Below, one piece after another: positions 8,224 through 15,821 of a stretch of DNA of 64,000 nucleotides. Origin of the DNA: Gaiellaceae bacterium (lineage in GTDB: Bacteria > Actinomycetota > Thermoleophilia > Gaiellales > Gaiellaceae); contig DATGDB010000047.1 of the NCBI GenBank assembly GCA_035311205.1, positions 14,914 to 78,913 on the forward strand. The letters run 5' to 3'. The notes under the pieces were generated by a model that was given only the letters and a program-made list of their open reading frames with translations, made no database searches and was not told where the DNA came from. How positions within the stretch are numbered: position 1 is the first letter of the stretch; each line of letters opens with the position of its first letter. A program made the translations under genes and the position numbers.

Positions 8224-9050
8224 TACTCGTCCTCCTCGGGTGGCTCGTCCTCGAACGCCTTGCCGGTCGCTGCGAAGAACGCCTCTTCCAGCGTCTCGGC
8301 GTCGTACTTGCGCTTCAGCTCCTCCGCGGGCGCGAGCTCGATCAACCGGCCACGGTCGAGGATCCCAACGCGCTCGGCGAGCTCCTCGGCCTCGACGAGG
8401 TCGTGCGTGCAGAGGATCACGGTGGCGTCGTGCAGCTTGCGGATCTCGCGGATGAACCCCTGGACCTCGACTTTCGAGCGCGGGTCGAGGCCCGTAGTCG
8501 GCTCGTCGAGGAGCAGGACGATCGGTGCGGTCAGGAGCGCGCGCGCGAGCGCCACCTTCTGCTGCATCCCACGAGACATGTCCTCCAGCGGCTCGCCGAT
8601 CCGGTCGCGCGGGAAGCCGACCCGCTCGAGTATCTTCGGGATCTCCGTGCGTGTGGCGCGGGGCGCCATCCCGTAGAAGCGGGCTGCGTAGCTCAGGTTT
8701 TCGGTCGCGGACATCTTCTTGAAGAAGGAGGCCTCCACGGACACGCGGTTGATCAGCCGGCGGACGGCTCTCGTCTCGGTGAAGACGTCGTGACCGAAGA
8801 TGCGCGCGCCGCCGCCGTCGTTCAGGAGCAGCGTCGAGAGCAGCCTGATCAGCGTCGATTTCCCGGAGCCGTTCTGGCCGAGGATGGCCACCGTCTCGCC
8901 GCGTGCGACCTCGAACGACACGCCGTCGAGCGCCGCGACGCGCTTTCGCCGCCGGCGCAGGCCCTCACGGCCGTCGTTGCGGAAGAACTCCTTGCGGAGG
9001 TCGTCGACGACGACGGCGGGCGTTCCATTCGTGTTGTTCGTTCCGGTCAT
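8223..9050 (-). CDS. ABC transporter ATP-binding protein
   Basis: Walker A GQNGSGKST, signature MSRGMQQKVALARAL and Walker B LLLDEPTTGLD are all present. Confidence 0.95.
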   Translation of the reverse strand: MTGTNNTNGTPAVVVDDLRKEFFRNDGREGLRRRRKRVAALDGVSFEVARGETVAILGQNGSGKSTLIRLLSTLLLNDGGGARIFGHDVFTETRAVRRLINRVSVEASFFKKMSATENLSYAARFYGMAPRATRTEIPKILERVGFPRDRIGEPLEDMSRGMQQKVALARALLTAPIVLLLDEPTTGLDPRSKVEVQGFIREIRKLHDATVILCTHDLVEAEELAERVGILDRGRLIELAPAEELKRKYDAETLEEAFFAATGKAFEDEPPEEDE

Positions 9051-9233
9051 GCGATGTCTCCTGCATTGAAGTTGGCGAGAACAGGCTCCAGCCGGCCTCT
9101 CTCAGGAGGCCCGCGAGCCGATGAAGTTGCTCAGCCGACAGGGGACATTCGCACGAAGCAACCTTAGCCAGCCACCCGCGTGCCGGTCAAGAGCGCGCGC
9201 ACGCGTGTTGCAGCGGTGGCGCTCAGCCTGCGC

Positions 9234-9626
9234 TTAGCAGGAGCGGGGAACGAAGGCTCTGAGCCGCTTCGGCTTCAGCCCCGCCGTGACGCCTCTCAGC
9301 GAGGCGGGGAGCCGATACCACTTCCCGCGTTGGAAGCGTCCACAGTTGAGGCCGTGGACGCGGATCGCCGTTGGGCTGATGATCGCGCCGGCCGGGTCGT
9401 CGCGGAAACGGAGCTGAAAGATCGGCGAGCCGACCGGCGGCGTCGGGGCACGCTTAACCGGCCGGGCGCCCCAGAGCAGAGAGCTGAAAGCCCGGGACTG
9501 CGTATCGGTCACGACGCGGCATTGCGTCGCACCGCAGACCTCGAGCGCGCCGGGCGGGAACTCCTTCGCCGAGGCCGAAACGGCGATGAGCAAGAGGCTC
9601 ACGACGGAGACGGCTGCTATTCGCAC
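9234..9626 (-). CDS. Hypothetical small secreted protein
   Basis: The 3' end of the 715-aa antisense ORF carries a signal-peptide-like start, VRIAAVSVVSLLLIAVSASAKEF (GTG at 9626; ATG at 9677 is an alternative), followed by a Cys-containing ~105-aa domain. I recognise no homology. Confidence 0.45.
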   Translation of the reverse strand: MRIAAVSVVSLLLIAVSASAKEFPPGALEVCGATQCRVVTDTQSRAFSSLLWGARPVKRAPTPPVGSPIFQLRFRDDPAGAIISPTAIRVHGLNCGRFQRGKWYRLPASLRGVTAGLKPKRLRAFVPRSC

Positions 9627-9788
9627 GTCCGAAGTACGCCTGGGCGACTCAGGAGGTTCCCGGCCGATCAGCAGCATCTTGATCTTGCCGCCAACTATGG
9701 CGTTGAGCCCTGGCCGAAGGAGGGGTTGCTTCCGTCCGATTCGACCGTTACCTTCTGACTCAGGCACGTGCCGACGAAGGTGCGCGCC

Positions 9789-9837
9789 GAGGCAATGGAG
9801 CCTCAGGACTCTCGGGAGTCCTGGGGCTTTTTCGCGT
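9789..9837 (+). promoter_or_regulatory. Conserved glnA leader element: GAGGCAAUGGAGCCUC block plus terminator-like hairpin and U-tract
   Basis: The sequence is GAGGCAAUGG-AGCCUCAGGACUC-UCGG-GAGUCCUGGGGCU-UUUUCGCGUU followed by AAGGAGGG (SD) and the GTG at 9852. The stem is 13 bp with one G-U. The upstream neighbour is divergent, so this is not the terminator of a preceding gene. Confidence 0.6.
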
Positions 9838-9851
9838 TCAAGGAGGGAAAT

Positions 9852-11300
9852 GTGAGCGAGATCGACGTAAGGCACTACCTGGCGAACGGGGCCAAGACGG
9901 CGCCTGCGGCCAAAGAGGCGATCGCGTGGGCCGGCGAGACGCAGGCCCAGATGGTCGACCTGAAGTTCTGCGACCTGCTCGGGACCTGGCAGCACATGTC
10001 GCTTCCGGTCTCCTCGTTCGAGGAGTCTGCCTTCGACGAGGGCCTGGGGTTCGACGGCTCGTCGATCCGAGGCTGGCAGGGGATCTCCGAGTCGGACATG
10101 CTGCTGATGCCGGACCCGGGCAGCGCGATCCTCGACCCGTTCACGGAGGTGCCAACGCTCTCGCTCGTCTGCGAGATCGCCGATCCCATCACCGGCGAAC
10201 CGTACGGAAAGGACCCGCGTGGGGTCGCCAAGCGCGCGGAAGCGCACCTCAGGCGCAGCGGCGTCGCCGACACGGCCTACTTCGGACCGGAGTGCGAGTT
10301 CTTCGTCTTCGACGAGGTCTCGCACGACCTCGGCGTCAACCACTCGCACTACATGGTGGACTCGGCCGAGGGCCACTGGAACTCCGGCAAGCCGGGGCTC
10401 GGCTACACGGTGCGCGAGAAGGAGGGCTACTTTCCGCCGGCACCGCACGACACGCTGCACGACCTGCGCACCCGCATGGTGCTCACCCTCGAGCGCCTCG
10501 GCATCGCGTGTGAGTTCCACCATCACGAGGTCGCCTCGGGCGGTCAGTGCGAGATCGACCTCCGCTACCAGCCGCTCACGCAAATGGCGGACCAGGTCAT
10601 GGCGTACAAGTACGTCGTCAAGAACGTCGCCCGCGCCGCTGGCAAGACGGCGACCTTCATGCCGAAGCCGATCTTCGGCGACAACGGGTCGGGGATGCAC
10701 ACCCACCAGTCCCTCTGGATGAAGCGCACGCCGTTGATGGCCGACAAGTCGGGCTACGCGGGCCTCTCCAAGCTCGGCCGGTCGTACATCGGCGGCCTGC
10801 TCACGCACGCCCCGGCGCTGCTCGCCTTCTGCGCCCCGACGACGAACTCGTACCGGCGGCTGGTGCCGGGCTACGAGGCGCCTGTCAACCTCGTCTACTC
10901 GCAGAGGAACCGCTCGGCCTGCATCCGCATCCCGATGTACTCGGACTCCCCAAAGGCCAAGCGGGTCGAGTTCCGCTGTCCAGACGCGGCGGCCAACCCG
11001 TACCTGGCCTTCTCGGCGATGCTGATGGCCGGGCTCGACGGGATCGAGCGGGAGCTCGACCCGGGCGCGCCCGCCGACTTCGACCTCTTCGAGGACGCAG
11101 AGGTCGAGATCCCGCAGGTGCCGGGCTCGCTGGCCGAGGCGCTCGACGCGCTCGAGGCCGACCACGAGTTCCTCACCAAGGGCGGCGTCTTCTCCGAAGA
11201 GCTGATCCGGACCTGGATCGAGTACAAGCGCGAGAACGAGGTGGACGTCGTGCGGCTGCGCCCGCACCCGGCGGAGTTCTCCCTCTATTACGACGCGTAA
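9852..11300 (+). CDS. glnA: Glutamine synthetase, type I (GSI-beta-like, long form)
   Basis: The GTG at 9852 is preceded by AAGGAGGG. Motifs include VDLKFCDLLGTWQHM, GFDGSSIRGWQGISESDMLLMPDP, MPKPIFGDNGSGMHTHQSLW and NRSACIRIP, and the C-terminus is RPHPAEFSLYYDA as in actinobacterial GlnA1. Confidence 0.95.
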   Translation: MSEIDVRHYLANGAKTAPAAKEAIAWAGETQAQMVDLKFCDLLGTWQHMSLPVSSFEESAFDEGLGFDGSSIRGWQGISESDMLLMPDPGSAILDPFTEVPTLSLVCEIADPITGEPYGKDPRGVAKRAEAHLRRSGVADTAYFGPECEFFVFDEVSHDLGVNHSHYMVDSAEGHWNSGKPGLGYTVREKEGYFPPAPHDTLHDLRTRMVLTLERLGIACEFHHHEVASGGQCEIDLRYQPLTQMADQVMAYKYVVKNVARAAGKTATFMPKPIFGDNGSGMHTHQSLWMKRTPLMADKSGYAGLSKLGRSYIGGLLTHAPALLAFCAPTTNSYRRLVPGYEAPVNLVYSQRNRSACIRIPMYSDSPKAKRVEFRCPDAAANPYLAFSAMLMAGLDGIERELDPGAPADFDLFEDAEVEIPQVPGSLAEALDALEADHEFLTKGGVFSEELIRTWIEYKRENEVDVVRLRPHPAEFSLYYDA

Positions 11301-11914
11301 TGGGGGAACCCGTGGTTCCCCCATTGGCCCCCTCCTTCGCCGCAGCGGACCACGAGCCGCAGCTGGGCTCCCGCCCGGCAAAGCCCGGCTCCGCCGGCGA
11401 AGGCCGCGGGCAAGGCAATGCGGTGAACCACGGGCCGCTTCTGATCAAGCAACTGAAGCGGGAGGACTGGCCGGCCGTGAAGGCGATCTACATGGACGGA
11501 ATCGCCGGCGGGAACGCGACGTTCGAAACGGAGGCTCCCTCCTGGGAAGACTGGGACAAGACGCACCTGGAGGGCCACCGCCTGGTGGCCCTCCAGGGCG
11601 GCGAGGTCGTCGGCTGGGCCGCGCTCGCTCCGGTGTCCGAGCGCTGCGTCTACGCAGGTGTCGCCGAGAACAGCGTCTACGTCGCCGACTCGGCTCAGGG
11701 CCGCGGCGTCGGGCGGGCGTTGCTCGAGGAGCTGATCCGCCGCTCCGAGGAAGACGGAATCTGGACGATCCAGACCGGGATCTTCCCCGAGAACGTTGCG
11801 TCGCTCGAGCTGCACAAGCGCTGTGGCTTCCGCGTCGTCGGGACACGCGAGCGAATCGGCCGGCACCACGGCGTCTGGCGGGACGTCGTCTTCATGGAGA
11901 GGAGGGCCCCGTGA
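11300..11914 (+). CDS. GNAT acetyltransferase of the phosphinothricin / methionine-sulfoximine N-acetyltransferase (PAT) type
   Basis: The core sequence IKQLKREDWPAVKAIYMDGIAGGNATFETEAPSWEDWDKTHLEGHRLVALQGGEVVGWAALAPVSERCVYAGVAENSVYVADSAQGRGVGRALLEELI matches the PAT family pattern. The start is uncertain: ATG at 11300 (TAATG overlap with the glnA stop) or GTG at 11423 (163 aa, typical PAT length). Confidence 0.8.
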   Translation: MGEPVVPPLAPSFAAADHEPQLGSRPAKPGSAGEGRGQGNAVNHGPLLIKQLKREDWPAVKAIYMDGIAGGNATFETEAPSWEDWDKTHLEGHRLVALQGGEVVGWAALAPVSERCVYAGVAENSVYVADSAQGRGVGRALLEELIRRSEEDGIWTIQTGIFPENVASLELHKRCGFRVVGTRERIGRHHGVWRDVVFMERRAP

Positions 11915-12264
11915 TCAAGGTCGAGGCAGTGGTGATTCGAGAACGCGTCGAGACCGTGATCGATGCGGTCGAGGAGCTCACGGGACATGTCGGCGTCACC
12001 GTCGTCGAGGCGATCGGCCATGGCCGCCGGCGCGGAATCACGCACGAGTACCGCGGACGGATCTTCGAGTCGAGGTTCCTGCCGAAGGCCCTGCTGACAT
12101 TCGTCGTCGCCGACGAGATCGCAAGCTCGGTCGTCGACGCGATCGCCGACGCGGCCCGAACCGGCAACGAGTCGGGAGACGGGATCGTCTGGACGACCCG
12201 CGTCGGAAACGTCACGCACAACCGCACCGGCATGAGGCTCGAGGCCGTGGAGGCCGCCCGATGA
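11911..12264 (+). CDS. glnK: P-II family nitrogen regulatory protein (divergent)
   Basis: 117 aa: MIKVEAVVIRERVETVIDAVEEL..VTVVEAIGHGRRRGITHEYRGRIFESRFLPKALLTFVV...TGNESGDGIVW. This shows the P-II fold pattern with a T-loop Tyr in EYRG. The GTG overlaps the PAT stop (GTGA). The gene lies directly upstream of amt. Confidence 0.85.
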   Translation: MIKVEAVVIRERVETVIDAVEELTGHVGVTVVEAIGHGRRRGITHEYRGRIFESRFLPKALLTFVVADEIASSVVDAIADAARTGNESGDGIVWTTRVGNVTHNRTGMRLEAVEAAR

Positions 12265-12355
12265 GACGTCGCTTGCGATGTCTCATTCAGGCCGTGCGGC
12301 TAAGGCATCGCTTGCGCTGCCGTTTAGAGGGCATGCTGGCTTTGCCAGCGTGCCC
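12263..12355 (+). promoter_or_regulatory. Structured P-II/amt intergenic region (two strong hairpins)
   Basis: Hairpin 1 is gagacgtcgc-tt-gcgatgtctc at 12263-12284, at the P-II stop codon. Hairpin 2 is gggcatgctggc-ttt-gccagcgtgccc at 12329-12355 (12 bp, one G-U), followed by GUCCCCUUUG. The 9-mer ccgtgcggc occurs on both sides (12292 and 12367). Confidence 0.5.
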
Positions 12356-12421
12356 GTCCCCTTTGCCCGTGCGGCCGTCTGCAATGACCGGTCGATACGA
12401 CCGAAGTTCAAGGAGACCGCT

Positions 12422-13816
12422 GTGACGAACCAGCAGCTTGCAATCGCGGCGAGCACGGTCTGGGTCGTCGTGGCAGCGATCCTGGTGATGTTCATGCAGG
12501 CCGGGTTCGCGTTCCTCGAAGCGGGCCTGACGCGGATGAAGAACGCCGGCCATATCGCGGCCAAGAACGTGCTCGTCCTTGGGATCGCCTCGCTCGTCTA
12601 CTACCTGGTCGGCTACGGGATGGCGTTCGGCGACGGGGGAAACGGGCTCGTCGGCGGCTCGGGGTTTGCACCGTCCTCGGAGACGCTGCTCGCCGTCGGA
12701 GCGGAGCCGTTCAGCTGGTTCGGCTCGATCCCAGCCGGCGCCGGCTACATGTTCCAGGTCGTCTTCGCCGCCGTCTCGCTCGCGATCGTCTGGGGCGCGA
12801 TGGCCGAGCGGACGAAGCTCTGGGTCTACTTCGCGTTCGGCGTCGTCTTCACGCTCGTCTACTCGATCGTCTCGCACTGGATCTGGCACCCGGACGGCTG
12901 GCTGTTCGCACTCGGGATGCAGGATTTCGCCGGCTCGACGGTCGTCCACTACCAGGGCGCGCTTGCCGCGCTCGCCGGCGCCCTCCTGCTCGGGCCGCGG
13001 ATCGGGAAGTTCGACCACGACGGGAAGCCCAACGCGATTCCCGGCCACAACATGGCCTTCGTCACCCTCGGCGTGCTGATCCTTTGGTTCGGATGGTTCG
13101 GCTTCAATCCGGGCTCGACGCTGGGCGTCGTGACCGGCGACCGAGTCGGCTACTTCGCTTACGTCGCGCTGACCACCAACGTGGCCGCGGCGGCCGGCGC
13201 GATCGGGGCGGTCACCGTCTCGTGGCTCGTGCTGAAGAAACCCGACCTCTCGATGATGCTGAACGGCGTGATCGCGGCCCTCGTGGCGGTCACGGCGGCG
13301 GCCGGCTTCGTCGCGCCATGGGCGGCGATCGTGATCGGCCTCGTGGCGGGCGGAATCGCCGTGCTGGGCGTCCTCCTCGTCGAGCGGATTCGGATCGACG
13401 ATCCGATCGGCGCCGTCGCCGTCCACGGGATGGCCGGCGTCTGGGGCACTCTGGCGACGGGGATCTTCGCCGTCCCGGCACTGGCGGAGAACCTTGCGAC
13501 CGGACAGGGAGGGCTCTGGTACACCGGCAGCTTCCACCAGGTCGGCGTGCAGGCGGTCGGGCTCGTCGCCGTCGGCGTCTTCACGTTCTCGGCGTCGTTT
13601 GGCTCGCTCTGGGTGATGAAGCGAACGTTCGGGATCCGGGTCGAGCCCGAGGTCGAGACGGCCGGGCTCGACGTCTCCGAGCACGGCATGTGGGGCTATC
13701 CCGAGTTCTACATCCCGGTCCCGGGCGGCTACGGGACGGAATCCCACGGCCACCTGCTGGGAAACGGGCATCACCACGCCCCTGCGCTTCCGTCCGCCGA
13801 GACTGAAGCGGCCTAG
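12422..13816 (+). CDS. amt: Ammonium transporter (Amt family)
   Basis: The GTG at 12422 has AAGGAG 6 nt upstream. Motifs include MFMQAGFAFLEAGLTRMKN, DFAGSTVVHYQGA and AVHGMAGVWGTLATG, typical of Amt/Rh. A His-rich C-terminal tail is present. Confidence 0.95.
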   Translation: MTNQQLAIAASTVWVVVAAILVMFMQAGFAFLEAGLTRMKNAGHIAAKNVLVLGIASLVYYLVGYGMAFGDGGNGLVGGSGFAPSSETLLAVGAEPFSWFGSIPAGAGYMFQVVFAAVSLAIVWGAMAERTKLWVYFAFGVVFTLVYSIVSHWIWHPDGWLFALGMQDFAGSTVVHYQGALAALAGALLLGPRIGKFDHDGKPNAIPGHNMAFVTLGVLILWFGWFGFNPGSTLGVVTGDRVGYFAYVALTTNVAAAAGAIGAVTVSWLVLKKPDLSMMLNGVIAALVAVTAAAGFVAPWAAIVIGLVAGGIAVLGVLLVERIRIDDPIGAVAVHGMAGVWGTLATGIFAVPALAENLATGQGGLWYTGSFHQVGVQAVGLVAVGVFTFSASFGSLWVMKRTFGIRVEPEVETAGLDVSEHGMWGYPEFYIPVPGGYGTESHGHLLGNGHHHAPALPSAETEAA

Positions 13817-13938
13817 ATATCGCTTTCAGCGCTAATTAGTGAGGAGAGTTTCGGCGTGCTGTGAAAGTTCGTTAGCACCGCGTAAGAACATCGGCTGGGC
13901 CTCTATTCAGTGCTCGGCGAGAGTCGTATGGTCGCCGA

Positions 13939-15246
13939 ATGATGAGCGCCAAAAACATTCAGGATTCATCTTGGAAAGGCGCTGTCGGTTTTTTCGTCGT
14001 TTTGGCCGCAGCATTGTTTCTTCCCGGCGTTGCACAAGCCGGAAATGTCACGCAAAGAGACGGACACGACTCCCGCAGCGCCCTGGACATCGCGTCCGTG
14101 GGTCATTCGTTCAACGGCGGCCTGGCGGTCGTCCACACACTACGGACGTACAAGCCCTTCTCCGGACGTCTCTTGAAGAACGGCAACACCGTCGCCTTTG
14201 CCTTCGACTCGAACGGCGACTACAAGCCCGATCGCCTCGCGATCGTGCTCTGGCTCGACGGGAAGCTCCGCGGCGCCGTCATGACGCCGCAAGGAAAGGT
14301 GCTTGCGCTCGCCGCCGTGGCCCGGCCGAACTCGCGCACGATCGCCGTCGGGGTTCCGGTGGATCTCGTTGCGAACAGGGCGCAGGGCAACTACCGGTGG
14401 CTTGCCATGACGCTGTACAAGAACAAAAAGGGCTGTCCGAAGACGTGCACCGACGTCGCCCCGAACCGCGGTCTCATCATGAACCAGCTGTGGCGGCTCG
14501 AGACGTTGTCCGTTTCGATCGCGGGCAGCGGCCGGGTGCGCGGCCCGAACGTCGAGTGTGCAATCGCCACATGCAGCGTGCGCTATCGGCGTGGCACGCG
14601 GATCAACCTGAACGCGGTTCCCGAGGACGGGTGGGTGTTCACCGGGTGGAGCGGCGCCTGCACGGGCACCGCTGAGTGCGTCGTGACGATGGATTCGGCG
14701 AAGTCCGTGACGGCGAACTTCCAGCCTATGTACGTGCTCTCGGTTTCCGTGGCCGGCCCCGGTCTCGTCACCGTCAGCCCGCCGGACGCCAATTGCTCGA
14801 GCGCGTTTCCCTGCATGCAGCGGTACGTCGTCGGAACGTCCGTGACGCTGACGGCTGCCACGGGTACGCAATTCATCCTCGACGGCTGGAGCGGAGCGTG
14901 CACGGGGACGAACCCCGTCTGCACGATCACGATGGACGGCAACAAGTCGGTCATCGCGAACACGCGGATCCGGCCCTCGACGCTGTCGGTCGGGCTCGGC
15001 GTCGCGCCCGGCGCGGGCGGGCATGTCACGTCGGCCCCTGCGGGCATCGACTGTCCCGGAGACTGCTCGGAGCCGTACTCGACCGAGACGAACGTGACGC
15101 TCACGGCCACGGCGGATCCGGGCTCGCTGTTCACCGGCTGGAACAGCATGTGGTGCCCGAACACGCCCACCTGCGTGCTCAACATGTGGCCGACGCAGGA
15201 GGGAAACAAGTCGGTGGCGCCATCGTTCGTGGTCGCGACGCGGTGA
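13939..15246 (+). CDS. Secreted protein with three divergent InlB B-repeat-like modules
   Basis: Signal peptide: GAVGFFVVLAAALFLPGVAQA. Three ~75-aa repeats follow the pattern G.G.V...P..(I)(D/N)C......C...Y..GT.VTLTA.....F.GWSGACTG...C.V.M...KSV.A.F. The gene is preceded by an AT-richer intergenic stretch. Confidence 0.8.
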   Translation: MMSAKNIQDSSWKGAVGFFVVLAAALFLPGVAQAGNVTQRDGHDSRSALDIASVGHSFNGGLAVVHTLRTYKPFSGRLLKNGNTVAFAFDSNGDYKPDRLAIVLWLDGKLRGAVMTPQGKVLALAAVARPNSRTIAVGVPVDLVANRAQGNYRWLAMTLYKNKKGCPKTCTDVAPNRGLIMNQLWRLETLSVSIAGSGRVRGPNVECAIATCSVRYRRGTRINLNAVPEDGWVFTGWSGACTGTAECVVTMDSAKSVTANFQPMYVLSVSVAGPGLVTVSPPDANCSSAFPCMQRYVVGTSVTLTAATGTQFILDGWSGACTGTNPVCTITMDGNKSVIANTRIRPSTLSVGLGVAPGAGGHVTSAPAGIDCPGDCSEPYSTETNVTLTATADPGSLFTGWNSMWCPNTPTCVLNMWPTQEGNKSVAPSFVVATR

Positions 15247-15358
15247 ACCGACGCCGCGGCGCCGACGAGGCGGAAAAATGCGGCCACGAGGTGAACGACC
15301 GGTTACGAAGTGGTGCCGCGAAATGGCACAAGAGCTGCGCGCGCAGTAGCGTCGAGCC

Positions 15359-15763
15359 GTGGTCGATCCGGCGCGCATCGAGTCGGTGCCTTGCCTCGCG
15401 GCACTCCCGTCGGCCGTTCGAGCAGCGCTGGCCGACGCGTTCGACGAAGTCGCGGTCTCGGCGGATGAGCGAGTCGCGACCCAGGGCGATTTCGCGTACG
15501 AGCTGTTCGCAATCCTCGAGGGTACGGCTCGGGTCGAGCAGGACGGCATTGTCCTGGGGACGCTTGGGCCGGGCGATCTCTGCGGCGAGATTGGCCTGCT
15601 TCTGACCGGGCGCCGGACGGCTGCGATCGTCGCCGAGACGCCGATGCGACTGCTGACGCTGTTCGACCGGACCTTCCGTCGGGTGAGCAAGGAGCATCCG
15701 GAGTTCACCGACGTGGTCCGCGACCAGTGCCGCGGACGCTTCACAAGGCCCGCGTCGGTCTAG
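15359..15763 (+). CDS. Stand-alone cyclic-nucleotide-binding domain protein
   Basis: 134 aa: GDFAYELFAILEGTARVEQDGIVLGTLGPGDLCGEIGLLLTGRRTAAIVAETPMRLL. This is the cNMP-binding beta-barrel with a G-E-(I/L) and R-(T/S)-A phosphate-binding cassette. Confidence 0.8.
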   Translation: MVDPARIESVPCLAALPSAVRAALADAFDEVAVSADERVATQGDFAYELFAILEGTARVEQDGIVLGTLGPGDLCGEIGLLLTGRRTAAIVAETPMRLLTLFDRTFRRVSKEHPEFTDVVRDQCRGRFTRPASV

Positions 15764-15821
15764 CCCGCCTTCGATCCCGGATCACTGCCACGGAAGTCCG
15801 CCGGGCTAGGCTCTCCAGGCG

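Noticed and set aside
9768-9851. Upstream in-frame starts for the long-form glnA (9768 or ATG 9795), or a leader peptide reading through the hairpin
   Set aside because: The GTG at 9852 has a strong, well-spaced SD and already gives a longer-than-usual GS N-terminus. The nucleotide conservation with the other glnA leader is not in a common reading frame, so it is RNA- or DNA-level rather than coding.
9234-11381. 715-aa ORF on the minus strand
   Set aside because: It is almost entirely antisense to the unmistakable glutamine synthetase gene. It has an Arg/Gly/Pro/Val-rich composition typical of wrong-strand ORFs in high-GC DNA. Only its 3'-terminal ~130 codons (signal-peptide protein, 9234-9626) lie outside glnA and were kept, with low confidence.
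12278-12421. ATG 12278 as the amt start
   Set aside because: It would add 48 non-hydrophobic residues with no Amt similarity, and the ATG lies inside a hairpin. The GTG at 12422 has AAGGAG upstream.
12287-13777. 496-aa ORF on the minus strand
   Set aside because: It is antisense to the ammonium transporter and is highly charged, in contrast to the obviously hydrophobic real product.
14140-15744. 534-aa ORF on the minus strand (and the 309-aa +3 ORF at 14676-15605)
   Set aside because: It overlaps the repeat-structured secreted protein and the cNMP-binding gene. Its sequence is Arg-rich with no motifs.
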